Shown here piece after piece: positions 48,738-58,967 of a stretch of 64,000 nucleotides of DNA. How positions within the stretch are numbered: the first letter of the stretch is position 1; each line of letters begins with the position of its first letter. A program made the position numbers and the translations under genes. Below the pieces are notes generated by a model. That model was not told the DNA's origin, searched no databases, and worked only from the letters and a program-made list of their open reading frames with translations. Source of the stretch: an uncultured Flavipsychrobacter sp. (GTDB taxonomy: Bacteria; Bacteroidota; Bacteroidia; Chitinophagales; Chitinophagaceae); NCBI GenBank assembly GCA_964430995.1, contig CAYSIG010000032.1, positions 1,743 to 65,742 of the forward strand, given 5' to 3'.

Positions 48738-49772
48738 TCACGCGAACTTCAGGGAATTGATCTTTCTGCGCAAAGGTTTTTCGATAAAGAGATAAGAAAG
48801 TGCTGATATAACTAATAAAAAGACAAACGCTATAATGAAAAAATATTGGTTAGGAAGATGTGTATACTGCCCGTTCAGCACTTCTAAAAATTTATATACA
48901 GGCCGTTGCAATATATATATACCGTAGCTAATCTCCCCCAAGAAAACGAAACCTTTGATATTAAGCCACTTAGGATTGTTTACCGCAATACTTAGAACAA
49001 ATAACATAAACACCGGAGCTATTAATCCTACGTGGTAACTAATGTTATCTGGCCTGAAAGCTAGCAGCGCCACAATAACACAAAATAATATCACCGGTGT
49101 CCGGTTACCTGATGGCAATACAGGCTTGCTACGCTCAAATAAATACCCGCCTGTCATGCCAATAAGAAACTGGCTGATGTGCATTACGGGGTTAAAAAAA
49201 ACAGTGTCAATAATACTGTCTGGCAGGCCCCATCTTATATTGTAATACTTAAAATGAAAATACTGGGCTAATATAAACAGCACCAATGTTGTTACAACAA
49301 AGGCCCTGAAATTTTTATTGATAAATAAGAGAAACAGCGGAAACAGAAGATAAAAAAACATCTCAACAGAAATAGTCCAGCCCGGTGTGTTTAATGACAT
49401 AGGATAGGAGGGCACATATGCCTGAAGTAACAAAACACTCAGTACTATTTCTTTAAAAGATGCTGAATTTAACGGATAGCTGTAGAAGGCAACTAAAACA
49501 CAGACCATTAAACCCAGCGCTAATAAGTATACCGGGACTATACGCCCCACTCTTCTCTTAAAATAATCTGCAAAACGGGTATTGAGCCCGTTGTATGATA
49601 TATATAATACAAAGCCGGACAATACAAAAAAGTAGCTTACTGCAATATTCCCGCTATGAAACAATTTAGGCAACTTATTGAACGGAAAAACGTCTGCTGC
49701 AAAATGGTGGATAACAACCATTATTGCGGCAACTGCCCGTGTGGATGTAAGTGCATATATCTGCGCTTTCAT
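48738..49772 (-). CDS. Acyltransferase-3 (OafA-like) membrane O-acyltransferase, copy 1
   Basis: ALTSTRAVAAIMVVIHH, YFFVLSGF, WTISVEMFFYLLFP, LGEISYGIYILQ, SYLFIEKP; no SGNH domain. Confidence 0.9.
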   Translation of the reverse strand: MKAQIYALTSTRAVAAIMVVIHHFAADVFPFNKLPKLFHSGNIAVSYFFVLSGFVLYISYNGLNTRFADYFKRRVGRIVPVYLLALGLMVCVLVAFYSYPLNSASFKEIVLSVLLLQAYVPSYPMSLNTPGWTISVEMFFYLLFPLFLLFINKNFRAFVVTTLVLFILAQYFHFKYYNIRWGLPDSIIDTVFFNPVMHISQFLIGMTGGYLFERSKPVLPSGNRTPVILFCVIVALLAFRPDNISYHVGLIAPVFMLFVLSIAVNNPKWLNIKGFVFLGEISYGIYILQRPVYKFLEVLNGQYTHLPNQYFFIIAFVFLLVISALSYLFIEKPLRRKINSLKFA

Positions 49773-49787
49773 TCTTCCTGTTTTGAT

Positions 49788-50924
49788 TTAAATACCAAAC
49801 CCGATACCGAATTCAGCTAGCTCGGCAGTAAACCCATGCGTGAGTAGTAATGCCGACAAAAACACTTCTTTCACCGGGCCTTTTTCCCGCTGCACAATAT
49901 ATACATTGCCCCCTATCTTTTCGTAAATATCATCAAACTTCAGGAATGTTTGCCGGTAATAATACCCTACCTGCAAGACAAGCCCCACCCTGCCTACAAG
50001 AAATTCGTTACCAGCGAAAAAGGCACCATCCCACGAATGCCCCATTTCGTGCCCGGTATGCACCCCATAGTTTTTAAGAAACGTGTATACTTCGTCGTGA
50101 TAAGCATAGTCTATACCCGCAAAAAATTTGTTCTTGCCCAGCCAGCGGCGGCTCAGGTAACCTGCAGCCAGGTATACCGGCCTGATAGGGCCGCCCGTTG
50201 CTCTTGCTTGTTTATGGGCTATGCTTAGCCGCGCCTCTACCAGCCACCTGTTACTGAGCCGTGGAACATCACGGATAATCGTTTTGGGCTTATAAGTAGC
50301 AGGGAAATACTGGATGCCGACATGCGCGCCCAGCATATTAATGCCGAGGTTGGGCTCATGATAGTCAGCATTGGAAATATGGGTAAAATTACCTCCAACC
50401 TGAAATTGCCAGTGATCATTGTAATGATAGCGCAGATCGGTCATAAAGATGGCAAAGTCGTTTAGGTGTGTACTGACAGCACTGTTGGAAGTATCTATTG
50501 GAGGCGTGGCGTTATGCTTTTTCGTAACATAACCCAATCCATTGCCAAGCCGGAAGGTCCATTCTAACTGCCTGCCCCTGATTATGGGTATCTGCAGATT
50601 AGGATATATCCCCACACACTTGCCGTAAATCCGGTCATATCCGTAATCGGTAAAGGTGATGCCCACGCCCACCAGCGGGAAGTTTCTCCGCTGGTGCCAG
50701 TCTTTCTTTCCATAGGTCTGCCAGACGAAATTCACATCTACAGCACCCGACATGGCGGGAATAGGCGAAGTAAATTTCTTAGAGTGTTTAATGATCTTGC
50801 CAGACATTAAGTTCGACTCCACACCAAACCCGAGCAAGGGGTCTTCCTTTTGCGCAAAGGCATTGCCCCATACAAGGCCCGAAATAAATACTGCAATACT
50901 AAATACATTGCGCAACAACGCCAT
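49788..50924 (-). CDS. PagL-like acyloxyacyl hydrolase family outer-membrane protein, copy 2
   Basis: THISNA; FVWQTYGKKDWHQRR nearly identical to copy 1; likely start ATG 50924. Confidence 0.82.
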   Translation of the reverse strand: MALLRNVFSIAVFISGLVWGNAFAQKEDPLLGFGVESNLMSGKIIKHSKKFTSPIPAMSGAVDVNFVWQTYGKKDWHQRRNFPLVGVGITFTDYGYDRIYGKCVGIYPNLQIPIIRGRQLEWTFRLGNGLGYVTKKHNATPPIDTSNSAVSTHLNDFAIFMTDLRYHYNDHWQFQVGGNFTHISNADYHEPNLGINMLGAHVGIQYFPATYKPKTIIRDVPRLSNRWLVEARLSIAHKQARATGGPIRPVYLAAGYLSRRWLGKNKFFAGIDYAYHDEVYTFLKNYGVHTGHEMGHSWDGAFFAGNEFLVGRVGLVLQVGYYYRQTFLKFDDIYEKIGGNVYIVQREKGPVKEVFLSALLLTHGFTAELAEFGIGFGI

Positions 50925-51003
50925 ACGGGACAAAAATAAACGTATTTTAATTTCAAAAAACACTGCTACTATCTCATATCTCACCAATCTTACCTCGAAA
51001 AAG

Positions 51004-52044
51004 CTATGGGTGCTGATTCTTCCCCACCCTATTGATCAGATTCCTTATCGGTTTTTCCACAAAATAGTAACTAAGCGTGGCGGCTAGTACCAACCCAACA
51101 AGTGAAATAAAGAAAAAGTAACCCGGAGAGAGTTTTAAAATGTCGTTATTGAGCACGGTTAAGAAATAGTAAATGGGAAATTGCAGTATATACATCCCAT
51201 AACTGATCTCACCGAGGAACACAAGTGGCTTAAAATTCAGGAATTTTGGATTGTCGATAGCCGTACTTATAATAAACAGCATGAACAGCGGAGCAAACAA
51301 ACCGGCCTCAAAAAATAGATTTGCCGGCCTGTGGGCCATGCAAAATAATATGACACATAACAACACAAACGGAATATACGAGAACCTGCCCCTGACCCTC
51401 GATGTATGCTTAAATATATACCCGCCTACCATACCTACAAGGAACTGGCTGAAATGTATAAAAGGATGGTACATGAAAAAGTTGAAATTTCCGATCAGCG
51501 TATAATCCCTTTTATAAAAAAAATGGCAGGCAACCTGGGTTGCAACAAAAACTACTACAGTAAAAAAGACAAACCATTTATTACTCTTTTCCTGGAAGAA
51601 CAACATGAGCGGGAATAGCAGGTAAAAGAACATTTCGACGGAGATACTCCACCCGGCTACATTGAGCACTAAAGCATACTCAGGAATATATGCCTGAACA
51701 AAGAAAACACTATATAGTATCTGCAAGTAAAAATCGGGGGAGGTTGCAGCCTTATAAATGAAAAAGTAAACGAATAAAAAAAGAATAAGCCCGAGCATAT
51801 AAGCCGGGGCAATCCTTGCCAATCTCTTTTTAAAATAATCCCAATAGCGCACATTGCGTCCGGAATATGATATGAACAAGACAAAGCCCGACAATACATA
51901 GAAGTAATTCACCGCAATATTCCCATCCATGAAAATAGTTGGGGCCAGATCAAAGGGAAACAAAAACCTGCCAAAATGAAAAATATATACCATTATAGCA
52001 GCAAATGCACGGGTAGCGGTAAGGGCGTTAATTTGCTGCTTCAT
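51004..52044 (-). CDS. Acyltransferase-3 (OafA-like) membrane O-acyltransferase, copy 2
   Basis: MKQQINALTATRAFAAIMV, YFYVLSGF, WSISVEMFFYLLFP, LGEISYGMYILQ, YYFVEKP; likely start ATG 52044. Confidence 0.9.
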   Translation of the reverse strand: MKQQINALTATRAFAAIMVYIFHFGRFLFPFDLAPTIFMDGNIAVNYFYVLSGFVLFISYSGRNVRYWDYFKKRLARIAPAYMLGLILFLFVYFFIYKAATSPDFYLQILYSVFFVQAYIPEYALVLNVAGWSISVEMFFYLLFPLMLFFQEKSNKWFVFFTVVVFVATQVACHFFYKRDYTLIGNFNFFMYHPFIHFSQFLVGMVGGYIFKHTSRVRGRFSYIPFVLLCVILFCMAHRPANLFFEAGLFAPLFMLFIISTAIDNPKFLNFKPLVFLGEISYGMYILQFPIYYFLTVLNNDILKLSPGYFFFISLVGLVLAATLSYYFVEKPIRNLINRVGKNQHP

Positions 52045-52170
52045 TGAGCACCTGATTTTTTTCAAACGGCCAATAACGTGAGGCCGCAACAAATATAACA
52101 TCCATTCAATTATTCTGGCCTCTCTATTGCATCTCTCCGCGTTTTTTTATCTTTGAGGAAACACACACAA

Positions 52171-52569
52171 ATGATAAAACATTTCATATTTTTCGCACTC
52201 CTGACGTTTTTGGCCATACCGGCATTTGCACAGAACCAGGCGCGCTTCAGCGACATAAAAGCAGGCATGGAAGACAGAGACCTTGAATACCAGGCGATAC
52301 GTGAAGCCAATAAACGGGGACTGACCCTTTGCTGGAAAGAGGATTTCACAAAGGCGGTAATCATTTCCAAAAAATGGGAATACGAGCTGGATAAGGACGG
52401 ATTTGCCATAGCGCGTAAAATTCACATGGTGCTATATGCAGTATTGTGGAGCGGAAGGTGTGCTATGACAGATTTTACCTTCAAACAAAAGCTGCTGCCT
52501 AACGAAACTTTCTCAGACAAACTATACTACCAGTCGGTAGGCGATATGGTGTATGTGGAATGTGAGTGA
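52171..52569 (+). CDS. Hypothetical exported protein
   Basis: Signal peptide MIKHFIFFALLTFLAIPAFAQ; TATCTTTG -7 box at 52148-52155. Confidence 0.7.
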   Translation: MIKHFIFFALLTFLAIPAFAQNQARFSDIKAGMEDRDLEYQAIREANKRGLTLCWKEDFTKAVIISKKWEYELDKDGFAIARKIHMVLYAVLWSGRCAMTDFTFKQKLLPNETFSDKLYYQSVGDMVYVECE

Positions 52570-52578
52570 TGCGGAGCA

Positions 52579-53088
52579 TCAGGCCAATTTCAGCCCATAG
52601 TACACCTGGCTGCATTCCACCCCTGCAAAGTCGGCTATGCGTGGCAGGTAAGCCCATTTTTCAAAACCGAATTTCTCCAGCAATGCAGCACTGGCTATAT
52701 TAGGTTCCAGTATGATAGCCAGCAGCGATTTATAACCGAGCGTGCGACACGCATCCATACCATGCCTGAGCAAATGGGCGCCGATACCCTGCCGCTGAAA
52801 ATCCTTGTGTATAAAGTAGCTTACCTCTGCCGCATAGCGCAACGCTCCCCTGCCATGCCTGTAATCGCTTACCGACAGCCAGCCAACAACCCTTCCATCC
52901 TTCTCAAAAACAAAAATGGGGTACGCCTGCTCACTATGAGCAAGAAACCAATCAACCCGATCTTCGGTTCGGAATTTTTCAGTAAAAGCTGTTTGAAAAC
53001 CGGCTTCTATAGCCTGGTTATATATATCGGTGATGCTTGCAAGATCTTCTATTACAGCAATTCTTATCATGCGGATAACAATTATCAA
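52579..53088 (-). CDS. GNAT acetyltransferase (YncA/phosphinothricin-acetyltransferase-like)
   Basis: ITDIYNQAI...TAF, EVSYFIHKDFQRQGIG, NIASAALLEKFGF. Confidence 0.88.
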   Translation of the reverse strand: MIIVIRMIRIAVIEDLASITDIYNQAIEAGFQTAFTEKFRTEDRVDWFLAHSEQAYPIFVFEKDGRVVGWLSVSDYRHGRGALRYAAEVSYFIHKDFQRQGIGAHLLRHGMDACRTLGYKSLLAIILEPNIASAALLEKFGFEKWAYLPRIADFAGVECSQVYYGLKLA

Positions 53089-53651
53089 TTACGCATTTCA
53101 GCAATCACATCGTTGCCCTTACTGAACACATCGAGCCATGAAGATGAGCCATCATCAAGGTGTTTCACCTGCTCCTGAGCAGCGAATATCTGCTTGTTGG
53201 TAAGTAAATAAAAACGTACGCAACCTACAGGAGGCATATCCTTTGTTCCGGCCACCGGCACTACGCTGTGAATATGATCGGCGGCGGCAGCAACAAACTT
53301 TACAGCGGCCTCCCCTACCTCCGGCTTCTTACCCGCCCCGCTTACGCCACCACCATTGCTCAGATATAAATTCGCCGCGCCCGTTATGTAAGCACTAAGT
53401 GAAACAATGGTATCACCCGTATTCCAATCCATAACTACGCCATGCACAAATGTAACGCTGTCGGGTATGGTCAGGTTCAGTTGCGTCGGTGTAACACTAA
53501 GCGCCAAACCCCTCTGCTGCTCATAGGAACCCTCCGGATAGTCTTCCCTATCCTCTGCCTTATTGCCTGCGCGTGCTTTGTTGCGCCTCACAAAAAATAT
53601 AATAACACCAACCTGCAATAAGATGGCAACAAGGTATATGGCTTCCTTCAT
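53085..53651 (-). CDS. Hypothetical membrane-anchored protein
   Basis: N-terminal TM; GAANLYLSNGGGVSGAG and VRFYLLT segments. Confidence 0.7.
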   Translation of the reverse strand: MKEAIYLVAILLQVGVIIFFVRRNKARAGNKAEDREDYPEGSYEQQRGLALSVTPTQLNLTIPDSVTFVHGVVMDWNTGDTIVSLSAYITGAANLYLSNGGGVSGAGKKPEVGEAAVKFVAAAADHIHSVVPVAGTKDMPPVGCVRFYLLTNKQIFAAQEQVKHLDDGSSSWLDVFSKGNDVIAEMRN

Positions 53652-53684
53652 CCTTTTATCTGATTAAGCGGGCAAAAATAGTAA

Positions 53685-54809
53685 TCACAGGCCATGATCC
53701 AGCATGTATTGCCTGAACTCATCTTTGCCCCTTGTAGCGGCCGTGCGTATCCATTGAATGCCCAGTTCTTTATCCATCTTCACCCCCCTGCCCTCATAGA
53801 GCAACACCCCCTGCCTGCCCATTGCACCAAAATTCTGCTGCCCTGCGGCTTTTGCATACCATTTATAGGCAAGGCTATCATTCTTATCCACACCGCTCCC
53901 TGCCTCATACAACAACCCTAATTTATACTGGGAATTGGCATGGCCTTTTTCAGCGGCATTTCTGTACCACTGAACAGCTTTCTTCGGGTCTTTTTTGATC
54001 GGTTCAACCCCTGCTTCATATATCTGCCCCAGAATGTACATGGCAACCAGGTTGTCCAGTTCGGCAGCTTTGGTAAACCATTTTACCGCTTCACTGTAAT
54101 TGGCGGGCATACCTTTATAACCCTGATAATTCAATCTCCCCAGGTTGTTCATACTTATCATTTCCCCTTTCTCGGCAGATTTTTTATACCATTTCATAGC
54201 CAGGGCTGTGTCGGGCAGCACACCCATGCCACGCTCATACATCAAACCCAGTTTGCCCATAGCCATCGAGTTGCCCAATGCCGCTGCCTTATCATACCAC
54301 TTCTTTGCCTCAAAAAAATCAATTTTAACACCAATTCCTTCCTCATACGCCCTGCCTACGTTCAGGTAACCGTAGTCATACTTTGCATCTGCTGCCTTTT
54401 TGTACCATTTGAACGCTTCATTGTAGTCTTGTGCAGTGCCATTGCCCTGCTCATACATAGTACCAAGGCTTGCCTGGCCCCTCGGGTATCCTTTTTCGGC
54501 ACTTTTCCGGTACCACTTGATCGCTTCAAAATTATCACGCTTCACCCCTAATCCCTTTTCATACATATTACCTATATTACACTCAGCTTCAGCACTGCCT
54601 TTGTCTGCGGCCTTCATGTACCACCTCATGGCTTCCCCTACACTTCTGCCCGGGCCTGTACCATTCATCATAAGGTTGCCCAATTCTATCATTTTCGCCA
54701 CATTTCCTTTATCAGCTGCAATAAACAGTGAATCGTAACCTGATTGAGCACCGGCATCATGCAAGAAAATGGCAGCAAATAATATACTCAGTACAATAAC
54801 CTTCCTCAT
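53685..54809 (-). CDS. Sel1-like repeat protein
   Basis: Signal peptide plus about 9 A-x-x-x-LG-x-MY-x-x-G-x-G...A-x-KWY-x-K-(A/S)-A repeats. Confidence 0.93.
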   Translation of the reverse strand: MRKVIVLSILFAAIFLHDAGAQSGYDSLFIAADKGNVAKMIELGNLMMNGTGPGRSVGEAMRWYMKAADKGSAEAECNIGNMYEKGLGVKRDNFEAIKWYRKSAEKGYPRGQASLGTMYEQGNGTAQDYNEAFKWYKKAADAKYDYGYLNVGRAYEEGIGVKIDFFEAKKWYDKAAALGNSMAMGKLGLMYERGMGVLPDTALAMKWYKKSAEKGEMISMNNLGRLNYQGYKGMPANYSEAVKWFTKAAELDNLVAMYILGQIYEAGVEPIKKDPKKAVQWYRNAAEKGHANSQYKLGLLYEAGSGVDKNDSLAYKWYAKAAGQQNFGAMGRQGVLLYEGRGVKMDKELGIQWIRTAATRGKDEFRQYMLDHGL

Positions 54810-54986
54810 AATCTGGTTTTTAGGCGTCTAAAGTTAACGCATCTGCTTCAAATAGCATGTTTTGCCCACCCCGATGCGCTCAATTTCAATTATAATTAAC
54901 TACCGGGCAGGATTAACTATACATTTTGATACGTTGAGCATAAAAATCCATATTTTATACAGAGATTTGCTTAATATTTAACTACT

Positions 54987-55889
54987 ATGGGAGCTATTAT
55001 TATAGGTCTGATTATACTGATCGCAGGGCGTGTCATCTCAAAGATCAATGACAAGATAAGCGTGCTGGGAAAACCCGCAATGGCATTGGGGGGCATTGTG
55101 ATGCTTATCGGCGTAATGTTATCTGCTGTTGTGCAGATAGACGCGGGCAATGTGGGCGTAAAAAAACTATTCGGCAATGTGCAGTCGAGCGTACTGTACA
55201 GCGGGCTACATATGATAAACCCATTGCTGGATGTGGTGGAAATAGAAACTCGCACACAAAATTACACCATGAGCGGGGTACATGCAGAGGGCGAAAAAGT
55301 AGGTGACGATGCCATCAGGGTACTAAGTGCCGATGGACTGGAAGTATCCATAGACCTGACTGTACTTTACCGCATAGTGCCTGAAACAGCGCCGAAACTG
55401 TATAAAGAAATAGGTCCGGACTATAAAGACAGGATCGTGCGGCCTATCTCACGTACTAAAATACGGGACAATGCCGTGTATTATGACGCGGTAGCCCTCT
55501 ATTCAACCAAGCGCGATGAATTCCAGACACGCATATATAAAGCGATAGAAGACGAATTCAAAAAGCGGGGACTATTGCTCGAGAACCTGTTGGTAAGAAA
55601 TATCACCTTACCTACATCGGTTAAGAATGCAATAGAATCAAAAATAAATGCAGAACAGGAAGCTCAGAAAATGCAGTTTGTGTTGCAAAAGGAGCGCCAG
55701 GAAGCAGAAAGAAAGCGCGTGGAGGCACAAGGCATAGCAGACTATCAGCATATCATCAGCGAGAGCCTGACCGAGAAACAACTGCAGTATGAACAGATCA
55801 AGGCGATGAAAGACCTTGCCGCATCGTCAAATGCTAAAATGATCATTATGGGCAAGGGCAGCACACCCATAATACTGAATGACAAATAA
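54987..55889 (+). CDS. SPFH/prohibitin family protein
   Basis: N-terminal TMs, IDAGNVGV, VLSADGLEVSIDLTVLYR, AIESKINAEQEAQK...EAERKRVEAQGIA. Confidence 0.92.
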   Translation: MGAIIIGLIILIAGRVISKINDKISVLGKPAMALGGIVMLIGVMLSAVVQIDAGNVGVKKLFGNVQSSVLYSGLHMINPLLDVVEIETRTQNYTMSGVHAEGEKVGDDAIRVLSADGLEVSIDLTVLYRIVPETAPKLYKEIGPDYKDRIVRPISRTKIRDNAVYYDAVALYSTKRDEFQTRIYKAIEDEFKKRGLLLENLLVRNITLPTSVKNAIESKINAEQEAQKMQFVLQKERQEAERKRVEAQGIADYQHIISESLTEKQLQYEQIKAMKDLAASSNAKMIIMGKGSTPIILNDK

Positions 55890-55894
55890 CCACA

Positions 55895-56062
55895 TCAGAG
55901 GCCACGCTTTGTAATTTCCAGCCTTATCTTTTCCGGCATTTCCCTGCAACTGCAATGCTTTGCATGAGCTATATGCCACTCAATACGCTGATCCAGGGTT
56001 GCTTTGGCGGGCATGGGGTGCTTTAAATGCCACTCTTTATTCAACTTTTTCACTTTTCCCAT
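55895..56062 (-). CDS. 55-aa His/Cys/Trp-rich small protein (not in ORF track)
   Basis: MGKVKKLNKEWHLKHPMPAKATLDQRIEWHIAHAKHCSCREMPEKIRLEITKRGL*; TAACTTTG -7 box at 56067-56074 on the same strand. Confidence 0.75.
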   Translation of the reverse strand: MGKVKKLNKEWHLKHPMPAKATLDQRIEWHIAHAKHCSCREMPEKIRLEITKRGL

Positions 56063-56179
56063 AATACAAAGTTACCCCGCGCATCATATTAATACTTGAT
56101 AATAATCAGTCGGTAATTTATTATTTCCGGGAATCCTGCTTAAATTTATGTTGTAGCATTCAAAAATTAAAAAAAAATC

Positions 56180-56677
56180 ATGGCGGCAGGAAGTAGCGTA
56201 ATAAAAAAAGCACTGATAGGATTGGTTGTCATACTGGTTGTTATACAGTTTATACGTCCGGAGAAAAACAATAATACCACGGCCTCTGCCGATGACGTTA
56301 CCGCACTGTATACAGTGCCCGACAGCGTGCAGCAGATACTGAAAAAAGCATGTTATGACTGCCACAGCAACACCACGCAATATCCGTGGTACTCGAATAT
56401 ACAGCCGGTGGCATGGTGGTTGAACGACCATATAGATGAAGGTAAGGACGAACTGAACTTTTCCGAATTTGGCAAACGGCCACTGGCAAAACAAGCTAAG
56501 AAACTAAAGAAGCTGGCCGAAGAAGTGGAAGAAGGAGAAATGCCGCTTAACAGCTATACATGGATGCACAAAGAAGCCGTACTTACTGACGGTGAAAAGA
56601 ATACGCTCATCAACTGGGCAAAAAGCCTATCGGAACAGGTGGCCATGAACGCTCCGCAGGAAAAAGAAAAGGGATAA
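56180..56677 (+). CDS. Haem-binding domain protein (Haem_bd, single CxxCH)
   Basis: IQFIRPEKN, ACYDCHSNTTQYPWYS..QPVAWW...GKDELNFSEF, MPLNSYTWMH. Confidence 0.9.
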   Translation: MAAGSSVIKKALIGLVVILVVIQFIRPEKNNNTTASADDVTALYTVPDSVQQILKKACYDCHSNTTQYPWYSNIQPVAWWLNDHIDEGKDELNFSEFGKRPLAKQAKKLKKLAEEVEEGEMPLNSYTWMHKEAVLTDGEKNTLINWAKSLSEQVAMNAPQEKEKG

Positions 56678-56716
56678 GTTTTACCTTATCCCTCTCCTTA
56701 CCATCTAAAAAATTCG

Positions 56717-57223
56717 TTATTCGGTAACACTTACTGTGTGCGCATCTTCCTGTAATGCCTGCATTACTTCCTCATAGTTGTTCCAATTAGTATTTGGATG
56801 CGCCTGTTTGTTTGACGGAGAAATTACCACACTCCTGAATGTCCATGTACCTGTTGGGAACGATGGAACACTACCGTCAACGGTTGTATAGTATATCTCA
56901 AATCCACCTGTGGAGAACCTGAAATAAAACTGGGTGCCATTTAAAATATCCGGCAGGTTTCTCCAGGTATTATCCTGAGGATAAAATAAAAAAACCTGCA
57001 CTACGCCACGATCTGACACAGCCTGTGTAATATCTGCATGATTGAACGATGCCACATAGGCATTCTCATCGGCATTGAATGCCCATGAAGATACATTAAA
57101 CGGATCGGAGCCCCTTACGTTTGCATTACCTTGCGGCCCTGCTGGCCCTTGTGGACCGGTTTTGGTACAACTGTTGAAAATAAACAAACTGGCGGCGAGC
57201 AACATCAAAGCGACTTTTTTCAT
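56717..57223 (-). CDS. Lipoprotein with short collagen-like segment
   Basis: MKKVALMLLAASLFIFNSC lipobox, then GPQGPAGPQGNANV; likely start ATG 57223. Confidence 0.8.
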   Translation of the reverse strand: MKKVALMLLAASLFIFNSCTKTGPQGPAGPQGNANVRGSDPFNVSSWAFNADENAYVASFNHADITQAVSDRGVVQVFLFYPQDNTWRNLPDILNGTQFYFRFSTGGFEIYYTTVDGSVPSFPTGTWTFRSVVISPSNKQAHPNTNWNNYEEVMQALQEDAHTVSVTE

Positions 57224-57368
57224 TTCTGTGAGTGTGTTGTTTCGCCGGTCTCCATAGCGAAAGTTAATAATAGAGGCCTGCAGGAGCCTTATGATACGTA
57301 CAGGTGAATTGTTGAAAACAAATATAATGCCAATGTATTTACACAAAAGTTAAAAGTGACTTAACAAA

Positions 57369-57971
57369 TCAGGTCGTCTTCTTTCTCACCACAAATCTGT
57401 CCGGCATACGGCCTTCATTTGCCGCCGCTATTATCTCCTCTATCCGTTTTGCTTTCTTTTCTTCACTTTTTACACCACTCACGTAATAAAGGATGTACTT
57501 CTTGTTGGTCTTGCCCAGTGTTTCAAAAAATTTCTTCGCCTTTTTATTTGCAGAGAAGGCTTTCTCCAATTCCGGCGGAACGGTGAAGGATTCAATATGG
57601 TCAAGTTTTTCCCATGTGCCGTTTTTCTTTGCCATTTCAATCCTTTCCATGCCCGGCGGCATCATCAACCCCTCATTTATCAGTCTTTCTATGCGTTCCT
57701 TATTCAATTTCGACCAGCCGCTTTTTGGCTTACGGGGTGTGAACAACTGCATATATTTCTCTTCATCTATAGGATTGAACGTGCTGTCAATCCACCCGTA
57801 ACAAAGGGCCTCCTCTACAGCATCAGCATACTCCACTCGCGACTTTGGACTGCTCTTCCTGTAGTAAATAAGCCATACGCCCTCACTCACCGCATGATTC
57901 TTCTCCAACCATTTACGCCATGCCTTGCGGTCTTTTGCGTAATAAGTAACTGTTTTATCAACTTTTGCCAT
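57369..57971 (-). CDS. YdeI/OmpD-associated family protein
   Basis: AWRKWLEKNH...GVWL, VEEALCYGWIDS, FTPRKPKSGWS..NK, GLMMPPG. Confidence 0.9.
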   Translation of the reverse strand: MAKVDKTVTYYAKDRKAWRKWLEKNHAVSEGVWLIYYRKSSPKSRVEYADAVEEALCYGWIDSTFNPIDEEKYMQLFTPRKPKSGWSKLNKERIERLINEGLMMPPGMERIEMAKKNGTWEKLDHIESFTVPPELEKAFSANKKAKKFFETLGKTNKKYILYYVSGVKSEEKKAKRIEEIIAAANEGRMPDRFVVRKKTT

Positions 57972-57986
57972 AATACTGCTTTAACG

Positions 57987-58889
57987 TCATTTAAACCTTG
58001 GGTGGTATTTCTCCAGTGTTTGCCTTAAATAACCACGATCGAGGTGGGTGTAAATCTCTGTGGTGGTGATACTTTTATGCCCCATCATTTCCTGCACTGC
58101 GCGTAGGTCTGCCCCACCCTCTACCAGGTGCGTTGCAAAAGAATGCCTGAGTGTATGAGGGTGCACACTTTGTTTTATCCCTGCTTTCTGCGCCAGGTCT
58201 TTAAGTATCATAAAGACCATCACCCTCGAAAGCGCCCCGCCCCGCCGGTTGAGAAAAAGTATATCCTCGCTGTCTTTTTTTATTGATGCCAGGTGATTGC
58301 GCACGTGCCCCCGGTATAATTGTATGTGCTTCACAGCTTCGCCCCCAATGGGCACCAGGCGTTCCTTGTTCCCTTTGCCTATTACCTTAATGAAACCGAC
58401 ATCCAGGTAAAGATTGGTGAGCTTAATGCTGATCACCTCGCTTACGCGAAGGCCGCAGCTATACATCGTTTCCAGCAGGGCGTGGTTCCGGGTACCTTCA
58501 GGCGTGCTGTGGTCTATGGCTGCAAGTATCTTATCTATGTCGCCGAGGCTCAGCACATGCGGCAGCTTTCGTTTCAGCTTGGGGGCATCCAGCAACTCGG
58601 TAGGGTCACGTTTTATCACCTCTTCCAGCAGCAGGTACCTGAAAAAAGATTTCACACCACTCAGCACCCTTGCCTGTGTAGCTGCCGACAGGCCCAGATC
58701 GTAAATGGCCGCCATAAGCGACTGTAGGTGCTCCAACTGCACACTTTCCACGGCAGTGCCTGCATACACATCCTTTATGTGATCGCGCAGCATGGCCACA
58801 TCATGCAAGTACGCTTCTATCGTATTATCCGACATAGAGCGTTCCAGCTGCAAATATGCCTTAAATCCTTTTAAATATGCTTCCCACAT
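57987..58889 (-). CDS. xerD: Site-specific tyrosine recombinase XerD
   Basis: LERSMSDNTIEAY, YSCGLRVSE, GKGNKERLVP, HPHTLRHSFATHL..GGADLRAVQEMMGH..ITTTEIYTH. Confidence 0.92.
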   Translation of the reverse strand: MWEAYLKGFKAYLQLERSMSDNTIEAYLHDVAMLRDHIKDVYAGTAVESVQLEHLQSLMAAIYDLGLSAATQARVLSGVKSFFRYLLLEEVIKRDPTELLDAPKLKRKLPHVLSLGDIDKILAAIDHSTPEGTRNHALLETMYSCGLRVSEVISIKLTNLYLDVGFIKVIGKGNKERLVPIGGEAVKHIQLYRGHVRNHLASIKKDSEDILFLNRRGGALSRVMVFMILKDLAQKAGIKQSVHPHTLRHSFATHLVEGGADLRAVQEMMGHKSITTTEIYTHLDRGYLRQTLEKYHPRFK

Positions 58890-58967
58890 ACTGCTTGACA
58901 GCATGCAAAATACAACTAATCAACCATTCAACTTATCAACATATCGCCTAACTCCTTATCTTGCACT

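Noticed and set aside
57987-58889. Tyrosine recombinase as a prophage or island integrase
   Set aside because: It has the XerD signature and lies among housekeeping genes (aroQ, fmt) with no phage genes or att sites.
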